Shown here: positions 56,602 through 64,000 of the stretch, piece by piece
Numbering within the stretch: position 1 is the stretch's first letter
Layout: each line of letters begins with the position of its first letter
Assembly: GCA_937625935.1 (NCBI GenBank)
Contig: OW569354.1
Location: 310,001 to 374,000, forward strand
From: Tetramitus jugosus
Lineage: Eukaryota; Protista; Heterolobosea
DNA: 64,000 nt
Direction: 5' to 3'
Position numbers and translations under genes: made by a program
The notes under the pieces: generated by a model
Database searches by the model: none
What the model was told of the DNA's origin: nothing
The model's input: only the letters and a program-made list of their open reading frames with translations

Positions 56602-57280
56602 GCGGCGCTGACTTCAGCTTTCTGAAGTACCCCCACAAGATTAATAGACAAGTGGAGTGGTTCTATGCTCAAGTGCGTAGCGGGACTCTTCACACAAGAG
56701 AAACAAAACGCTGTCTATACGGCAAGGATGAAGTGATGGAAAGATGTGAGCGATGTCTCAAAGAGCCAGAGACGATACAGCACTGTCTCATACGTTGTCC
56801 AAGGGCCATCATGAGTAGAAGAAGGTTGGCATTGTCAGTAGGTAAAGACCTTGACAAGTTGGGCATTCACCGTAAGCAGCAAATCAATTTATGGTTTGAT
56901 AATGTTGTGTGGAAGGATGGTAAAATTACGGTGAGGGAAACCCGAAAGACGAGCAAGGAGTTTCTCTCAGGTATGATGGGGATGGAAAATGAAGCAGTGG
57001 AACAAGTAACAAAAGGTTTGAGGATGACCGGTGTGAAGAAGGTCACGGCGGAAAAGAAAGCAAAATCGTTCGTGAACAGGGTGAAGAGGAGGTGCGTCGA
57101 CACCCTTCATCGCCTATTCATATCCCACAAGGAAGACACATAACAATGACGCTCGTAGAGCGTCATTGTGAGAAATGAAAAGTAACAGAGGAGATAACGC
57201 TCTTCGAGCGTTATCCAGTGTAAATCATCAGAAAATAAAATCGGAGCAGCCGAAGTGGTTGTATTAAAAAAAAAAAAAAG
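56602..57280 (+). mobile_element. Element E4: 5'-truncated non-LTR retrotransposon copy (ORF2 C-terminus, 3' UTR, poly(A)), 51 bp upstream of 5S rRNA
   Basis: TSD GGTCGTGATGTAGTT at 56587-56601 and 57281-57295; A14 tail 57266-57279. Open frame ADFSFLKYPHKINRQVEWFYAQVRSGTLHT...CERCLKEPETIQHCLIRCP to the stop at 57143 (L1/Tx1-type C-terminal zinc knuckle). Confidence 0.92.
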
Positions 57281-57679
57281 GGTCGTGATGTAGTTCTCTG
57301 GTAAGAAGAGAAGTGAAGCAGAGAAAAAGATAAGGAGTCAATCAAGAGGTCGTGCATCAAGACACTAAACAAGATAAATAATACTCTGTCGCGGAGGAGT
57401 GAAACACATCCTGTTTCGCACTTTTTGATGTCAATTCATGGAACACAGAGTGATTTGGATGAAAAATGGGATCCCACACAACTCAGAACGATGAAGGTAA
57501 TAATCAATAAATTTGTTGCTTTTGATGTTGGAAATGAAGAAACAGGGCAGGCCGTACTGTTCGGCTTTGATTGTTGGACTTCCTCCATCCATGATCTGGT
57601 TCAATTAATCATAGCTCCGGTGTTTCCTTGACAGTTGAAGTGTTCCGACAAAAAAAAAGCAAAACAAAACCAATAGAAC

Positions 57680-60496
57680 ATGAGTGAGAGCAACGACGAA
57701 GCCAATGATACCCATCGAAGAATAGAAGAAGAATATTTCTTTGTCCATGAAATTGACTCAAGTAGCCTCACCCAAAACGAAACCGAAACCGCGCCAAAAA
57801 CAAAACCCCGCAGGAGCATTACACTCAGAGTTCAGGATCGCCAGGAACTCGGTCAGCAAAAAAGGCGCGAAAGTCAATCTACAAATTCCACGACTCCAAA
57901 GCTAACCTCATTTCCGAGCGATCCTGAAAATCAAGAAATTGCAGTCGAACTTCTCAACAACAAAACCAATCGTCTCTTTCTCGTCGAACACAAGGCAACA
58001 TGCAAGCGATACAATGTGTATCACAGTGCATTCAAAGAACTGGACGAAGCTCAACAATTTTTTTCTGATCATTGGAGACAACGTGTATCGTTCCACCATG
58101 CTCACCTCGTTCCCATCAGTGACATCTTTATTCAACAACAAGAGTTGCAACAGCAGATGGAGCAAGAGGATATGATGTCGTCTTCTGAAGCAACTAGTGG
58201 TGTTGATAATTCTGATGACCAACTGAACAATTTCACTCCTACTTCTCCTACGTCTCCTTCTACCACTGTATCACAACTATCATCATTGAAACCACTCATC
58301 ATATATCATACATATGTCGTCAAGGAGAGATATTCAGATAATTTGATGAATTTTGTAGAGTCAAAGAGAACGAACAAGACGCACATTAGTGAAAAGGTGA
58401 TATTGGACTATATTTCTCAGTTGTTGTCATCTGTGGCCTATTTGCACTCGAGAGGATTCATACACGCACCTGGTGAAATATCAACAGATCGACTCTTCTT
58501 GACCAATTTGTATGTTGATATTTTGTTGGATGCTGGAAAATCAAACAAATTTGTCTCTGATTATGAATTGGTTCAGAATTCGCACTTGTATTTGAGAAAC
58601 GGTATGTGCTGTGTTGTTGTTTTGTTCACTTGAAACTGTTATCGAGAAACATCAACTCATTGACAACAATATTGGTTTACAGCTTTTGTCGCTCCTGAAT
58701 GCAAGCTATTCTTAATATCAGATACGAACACAGGAACATTCTCTTTGACAGAGAAGAGTGATGTCTATAGTCTGGGAGTCATCGTGTTTATTCTAATGAC
58801 ACTGATGACTGATTCGTTGCATCTTGCCAATTTCTTTTTAGCACCTCGAACGAAGAATTATGTGGCCTATTTGGCTCATCTGAAGGATCAAATTACTTCA
58901 ATGACTGCAGATGCTGATTACAGTAAGAGCTTGATAAACTTTGTTGTACGAATGCTTCATCCATCTCCAGATCGCAGAGCATCAATCAAGCAGCTTACCG
59001 ATAGTCTGTTCTTTGAATTTAATCAAGACCTACCTCCACAAAAACAACAGGATCAAAAGCAATCCATCTTTCAAATCTTTCAATCGGCGAGCGAATCAGA
59101 AGAGGAGTTACAAATCACGTCCACGGATTTCTCAGGGAATACGATCGTTAAAATTAGGGATAAGACTATCAAAATCAAGAATCACTCTGTCGAACAGTTT
59201 GCAGAAATGCATATTATTCGAAACAGCAAGATCATCATGGAAGGAACCATGAAGAAGATAAAACGCAAGAAGTCGGTACCCAGATACTTCTACTTGACAG
59301 AGTGCAACTTTATGTACTGTTGTCTAAGCGAACTTAATCCATCGACAGTGACGAGGAAAATTAAGCTCATTCCTAACGCATTTAGTGTTACTCTTAAGGG
59401 TACAGGATTTAAGTTAGCAACCAAAGATGTCACATTCTTGTTAGAACCAGAACCAAAATCGATGCGTGACCTGTGGATCAAAACATTGACAAGCCTGTCA
59501 TATAATCCAAAAGCCCTTCCATTAGAAGTTCATACTTCAGATATCGACACGAGCTCTAGTAGGCTGCTCCTACGTGACGCGGAGTTGGAAACATTTGAAG
59601 AATTTGAAAAACAATATGAAACGATCAAATCGATCGAGAAACTAACAATGCTTGACCAGGACTCCATCTCGATTGTCAACCATATCGGTAGTGGAAGTTT
59701 TGGATCAGTATCTATCATCAGTGCTTTGAATAGTGGAATTAACGAGCGACTTGCAATGAAATGTATGTCAGTTGAACTTGAATCAAGTGAGTTTGAACAC
59801 TTTTATAGTGACCTCAAGTGCGCTCTGAATCTCAACCATGATGGAATATTGAAGATTAAGGCGATTGGGTTTAAACGAAATCAAATCTGCCTTTTCTATG
59901 ATTATATTAGTTTAGGAACTCTCAGCTCGTTATTGTCGATCGGTATTCCTTTCAAAACGAAGCTCGATGTCATGCACAAAGCTGCTCAAGCCCTCATGTA
60001 CCTTCATTCAAAAGACATTGTCCACGAAAATCTTAAGCCGAACAATATTTTGGTGGGCAAGGATTTCTCGAACATCGTCGTCACAGATTTTGGTTTCGCT
60101 AGTTTGAAAATGAAGCTGCTGGGTAAAACACCATACAATATTTTGTTCCAGTACCTACCACCGGAGAGAATGAACATCACCTCAAAAGATTCTGACATTG
60201 ATAAGGCCGGGGATGTGTTTAGCTTTGCTGTGATCATGTCTGAATGGCTAACTGGTCGACCATGGGTTATGGACAAACTGTTTCCAATGGAAATTATGCA
60301 AAAGATAAAGGATGGCTCGAGACCTGAACTGCCAAGCAGTGAAGCAATGCTCAACCAGAAGCGAATCCAAGAAAACGAACGAGAAGTCTATGACGCCATG
60401 ATCAAAATGCTGGAACAGTGTTGGGTTTCAGATCCTCTCCAACGACTAACTTTCGCGCAAGTTGTATCGCATATGAATGACGTCCTCTCCCCATGA
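57680..60496 (+). CDS. Tandem kinase-fold protein with central PH domain (probable double pseudokinase); intron 58602-58682
   Basis: Domain 1: QLLSSVAYLHSRGFIH...FVAPE...TEKSDVYSLGV. PH-like: IIMEGTMKK..RYFYLT..RDLWIKTL. Domain 2: IGSGSFGSV, AMK, VHENLKPNNIL, DFG. Confidence 0.85.
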
Positions 60497-60641
60497 GCTT
60501 CAAACCTCGAGGACTGTGAAATTCACACCCACGGCTTATTTCGTCACCCAAAAATCCTGTCGTCTGGAATTGAATATCTCCGTGACCAATTCCACACGCC
60601 GACACGATCAACAACCAAGTAAAAAAATAACAAAAGAGCAA

Positions 60642-61535
60642 ATGGATCTTGCACAATCAGTCCAATCATGGTTCAACCAGATTGATCAAAAGTACATCAA
60701 CACGATCCCATGGATCCAACAACAAAACCAATACTGCCTCAACGGTCAACCTGCTGAATTTCCGATTGTAACAGCGGTCGGTTCATTGGTCGTTTGTTTT
60801 GCCGCCTTTTTCCTATCGGCTATTGTCAGTCCATTTTTGTTCCCAAAGTATAACACTTTGAGAAAGGATGACAAGGAAAAGTGGAATGTGAAGCTTGTGT
60901 CTGCACTTCATGCTGCCTTTGTGTTCCAAGGTGCCGTAAGAGCCATCTTGGCATATACTCCAACGGGCAACGAATCCGATTTCCAAATCTACCAGTGTGG
61001 CTACAATAGTGATTTGGCCAGATGGTACGAAGCCATTACTCTCGGTTACATGTTTTATGACTTTTGGGTGTGCATTAGAGCTTATGGATTCACAATGACT
61101 GGAATCTTCCCTTCACTCATGATCCATCACATCAATATCTTGATTTGCTTCTGGATCGGTCTCAAATTCCACATGGGATTCTACTTTACATTGAATTTCA
61201 TGACCAATGAGATCTCTCAGCCATTCTTGCATGCCAGCTGGTTCTTTATCAAGTGCAAGTTGCCTCAAAAGCATCCATTGAACATTATCAATGGTCTGTT
61301 GCTTGTTTTGACCTTTATTGGATCAAGATTCTTCTATAACATGTACATTTTCTACTTGTTGGTCACTCAGACACCAAGTTGGAATCCATTGGTATCAATA
61401 GGTATTGGCTCCTATGCAGCTATTGTTCATGTTGCTGTGAATGTCTACTGGTGCAAGCAAATGGTTGACCAAATTATGGATATGATCAAGAAGGCCAAGC
61501 AACCAAAAACCACCCCACAAAAGAAACAAGAATAA
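60642..61535 (+). CDS. TLC (TRAM/LAG1/CLN8) domain membrane protein, TMEM56-like
   Basis: WNVKLVSALHA, TLGYMFYD, MIHH, NEISQPFLHASWF and INGLLLVLTF. Confidence 0.88.
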   Translation: MDLAQSVQSWFNQIDQKYINTIPWIQQQNQYCLNGQPAEFPIVTAVGSLVVCFAAFFLSAIVSPFLFPKYNTLRKDDKEKWNVKLVSALHAAFVFQGAVRAILAYTPTGNESDFQIYQCGYNSDLARWYEAITLGYMFYDFWVCIRAYGFTMTGIFPSLMIHHINILICFWIGLKFHMGFYFTLNFMTNEISQPFLHASWFFIKCKLPQKHPLNIINGLLLVLTFIGSRFFYNMYIFYLLVTQTPSWNPLVSIGIGSYAAIVHVAVNVYWCKQMVDQIMDMIKKAKQPKTTPQKKQE

Positions 61536-61874
61536 AGACTTTGTGTAGTTTGCCCACTGTCCCATCGGACCTTTTCCAAAATTCTTCTCCGACAAATTCG
61601 TTGTCGGACAAAAACTGTTGAATGTTCGATGATTTAGTTGAATAGAGAGAAAACGTTCAACAAAATGTGTGAAACGCGGCCAAACCCAATAGCAAAAATG
61701 ATGATGTTCAACTCTTTTCCTCTGTGTGAAATTTGAACCTGCAATCACTGTCGAACGAACGGCCCGTCACACACGAGAAAGCTTTCGCCCAAAAAACCAA
61801 AAAACACACTCTCTTTTTCTACACACAACAACAACAACAAACCAACCAACCACACAACACAACAACAATAAAAA

Positions 61875-64000
61875 ATGTGCGCCAAAAAGACAAAGAAGGG
61901 AAAGGACCGTTTAGATAAATACTATCATATGGCCAAGGAGCAGGGATATAGATCTCGTGCTGCCTTCAAGCTCATTCAACTCCACAAAAAGTACAACTTT
62001 TTGTCCAGTGCTAGCGTAGTGGTTGACTTGTGTGCTGCCCCTGGTGGTTGGCTCCAAGTCGCCAGAAAGTACATGCCTATTGCTGGTGTGCTCTATGGTG
62101 TCGATTTGGCCTCTATTAAAAAGATACCGAATGTCATGACACTGGAAGGTGATATCACGAGCAAGAAGACACTGAAGCGCATCATGACTGACTTGAATCA
62201 CAGCAAGGCCGATGTTGTTCTTCACGATGGTGCCCCCAACGTTGGTAGCAATTGGTTAAAGGATGCCTATGGTCAGTCTGAGCTCGTTCTTCACTCTCTA
62301 CGGATGGCTTGTGCCCTATTGAAGCCAAACGGTGTCTTTGTCACCAAGGTTTTCAGATCCAAGGACTATCAATCACTTCTCTGGGTGTTCAATCAATTGT
62401 TCAACAAGGTTGAATCAGCCAAGCCAAAGGCATCTAGAAATGCCTCTGCTGAAATTTTTGTCGTTTGTGAAGGATTCAAGGCACCAAAGGACATTGATGA
62501 CAAGTTGTTTGACCCATCATTTGTCTTTGAAGACACTCAGACAGAGAAGAAGCAACTCAAGCTGTCTCACAAGGACCTTGCCAAGATTCAAAAGAAGCCA
62601 AACAGAGAAGGTTACGAAGATGAGGACTACATTCTTCACAAGTCCTATCCAGTGAGTGAATTTATCACAACAGAGCACCCCATTAACGTTTGTGTCGAGT
62701 ACAATGCACTCGTCTGGGATGACAAGTCTCAACTGTACTTGAACCATCCTTTGACCACTGAGGACATTAAGATTTATTGCAGTGATTTGAAGGTTCTTGG
62801 TCGATTGGACTTTAAGGACTTGTTGCGGTGGAGAAAAAATATGGCAGAGCACAAGGAAGCATTGGAGCAAAAGGAGGTTGATGATGCCATGGGAGAGACT
62901 GGTGAGAATGATGAAGATGTCGATGCCATGAATGATGATGATGAAGACCAGGAGGGTGGACCCAACTCAAAGAAGAGAAGAGAAAATCCGTTGCCAGAAG
63001 ACGAAGAACAAGCCAAGAGAGAATTGGACGCTCTGAAACTCAAGGTTGAAAAGGTGAAGAAGAATTTGCTCAAGAGAAAAAAGGTTAAGGAAGCAAAGAG
63101 AATGCCAACACCATTTGAAATGACTGAAGAGAGAGGCGATATTATGGATAACATTCCTGATGCTGCCTACTTTTCACTCAGTACCATCACATCGAGAGAT
63201 CATTTGGAACAGGCTTTGGCTTCTGGAAGTGCCAATGCTGCTTATGATGACTCTGATGCATCAGACAGTGACGATGACATTTACAATGGTGGAGACAATG
63301 AAGATGTGATTGATTTGGACGGATATGATTTGTCTGATGATGCTGTGATTGACGAGTTGCTCGAGAAGCAATTGGACTCCATGTACGACAAGTTCACCAA
63401 GGCTAGAGAGAAGAAGCAAAAGATGGCTGAAAAGAGACAACAAGTGAGAGAACAAGAGAGAAAGGACTTGTCTAACGCACTCTTGAGAGAGAGAAGCGAG
63501 GCTACTGGTCTCTCTTTGGAAGATCTCAAGAAGGGATCCAATCCATTGCTTGCCAACTTTGATGAAGAAGCCACTTCAAGCAGAAAGGTTGGTCAATGGT
63601 TCAGCCAAAACATTTTCGAGGTCTTGCAAGACGATGAAGAAGATGAAGCTGAGGAAGAAGAAGACCAAGGAAGCGATGAGGATATGCCATCTGCCAAGCG
63701 TAGAAAGACCGCAAAGTCAACTTCTGATGATGAGGAGTCTGATGACGAAGAAGCCATCGCCGGAAATCAACCATCTGTCAGGTCAAAGGACGGATTTGAG
63801 ACTGTTCCACAAGAGATGCTCGACCCTGAAGTTCATGCTACTACACTTGCCACTGCAAAGAAGATGTTGCGTAAGAAGGCTAGAAGAGAGTTTATTGATG
63901 ATGCTTTCAACAGATATGCTTTCAATGACACTGATTTGGCACCATCGTGGTTCGAACAAGACGAGTCCAAGCACAACAAGCCAATGCTTCCAGTCTCCAA
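61875..64000 (+). CDS. SPB1: rRNA 2'-O-methyltransferase SPB1/FTSJ3 (runs off the window; absent from the ORF track)
   Basis: MCAKKTKKGKDRLDKYYHMAKEQGYRSRAAFKLIQL, VVDLCAAPGGWLQVA, VLHDGAPNVG and FVTKVFRSKDY. Confidence 0.95.
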   Translation, partial: MCAKKTKKGKDRLDKYYHMAKEQGYRSRAAFKLIQLHKKYNFLSSASVVVDLCAAPGGWLQVARKYMPIAGVLYGVDLASIKKIPNVMTLEGDITSKKTLKRIMTDLNHSKADVVLHDGAPNVGSNWLKDAYGQSELVLHSLRMACALLKPNGVFVTKVFRSKDYQSLLWVFNQLFNKVESAKPKASRNASAEIFVVCEGFKAPKDIDDKLFDPSFVFEDTQTEKKQLKLSHKDLAKIQKKPNREGYEDEDYILHKSYPVSEFITTEHPINVCVEYNALVWDDKSQLYLNHPLTTEDIKIYCSDLKVLGRLDFKDLLRWRKNMAEHKEALEQKEVDDAMGETGENDEDVDAMNDDDEDQEGGPNSKKRRENPLPEDEEQAKRELDALKLKVEKVKKNLLKRKKVKEAKRMPTPFEMTEERGDIMDNIPDAAYFSLSTITSRDHLEQALASGSANAAYDDSDASDSDDDIYNGGDNEDVIDLDGYDLSDDAVIDELLEKQLDSMYDKFTKAREKKQKMAEKRQQVREQERKDLSNALLRERSEATGLSLEDLKKGSNPLLANFDEEATSSRKVGQWFSQNIFEVLQDDEEDEAEEEEDQGSDEDMPSAKRRKTAKSTSDDEESDDEEAIAGNQPSVRSKDGFETVPQEMLDPEVHATTLATAKKMLRKKARREFIDDAFNRYAFNDTDLAPSWFEQDESKHNKPMLPVS

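Noticed and set aside
1-64000. CRISPR arrays, prokaryotic operons, full-length RT or transposase genes
   Set aside because: None seen. The DNA is eukaryotic with spliceosomal introns, and only ORF2 C-terminal fragments of the retroelement are present.

Overview
Gene-dense, intron-poor eukaryotic DNA with short GT-AG introns and standard code. Cilium and basal-body genes suggest a flagellated protist, possibly an amoeboflagellate (inference). About 30 protein genes are present, including CBL-type Ca sensor, coactosin-like, BORCS7-like, DAPIT-like, RPA2, ATG12, FIP1, MCM7, GSS, a cullin, ADPRH, DUF1826, RLIG1, NAA10, CEP162, CFAP61, VPS54, MORN-VPS9, a double pseudokinase and SPB1. The standout is 52.0-57.3 kb, which holds two RNA polymerase III genes missed by the ORF track: tRNA-Tyr(GTA) at 51997-52069 and 5S rRNA at 56432-56550, both on the minus strand. 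Each has non-LTR retroelements inserted 44-54 bp upstream, head-to-head with the gene. Upstream of the tRNA sit two divergent, intact ORF1-only elements (about 1.3-1.4 kb, RRM-like plus coiled coil, no RT), each with a poly(A) tail and a 16-bp target-site duplication (TSD), followed by an older RT C-terminal relic. Upstream of the 5S gene is a 5'-truncated RT-element copy with poly(A) and a 15-bp TSD. The three tailed elements share a 3' architecture: hairpins, AATAAA, a terminal stem ending GTTGTAT, then poly(A). This looks like a Pol III-gene-targeting retrotransposon family with ORF1-only non-autonomous partners, resembling Dictyostelium TRE5.
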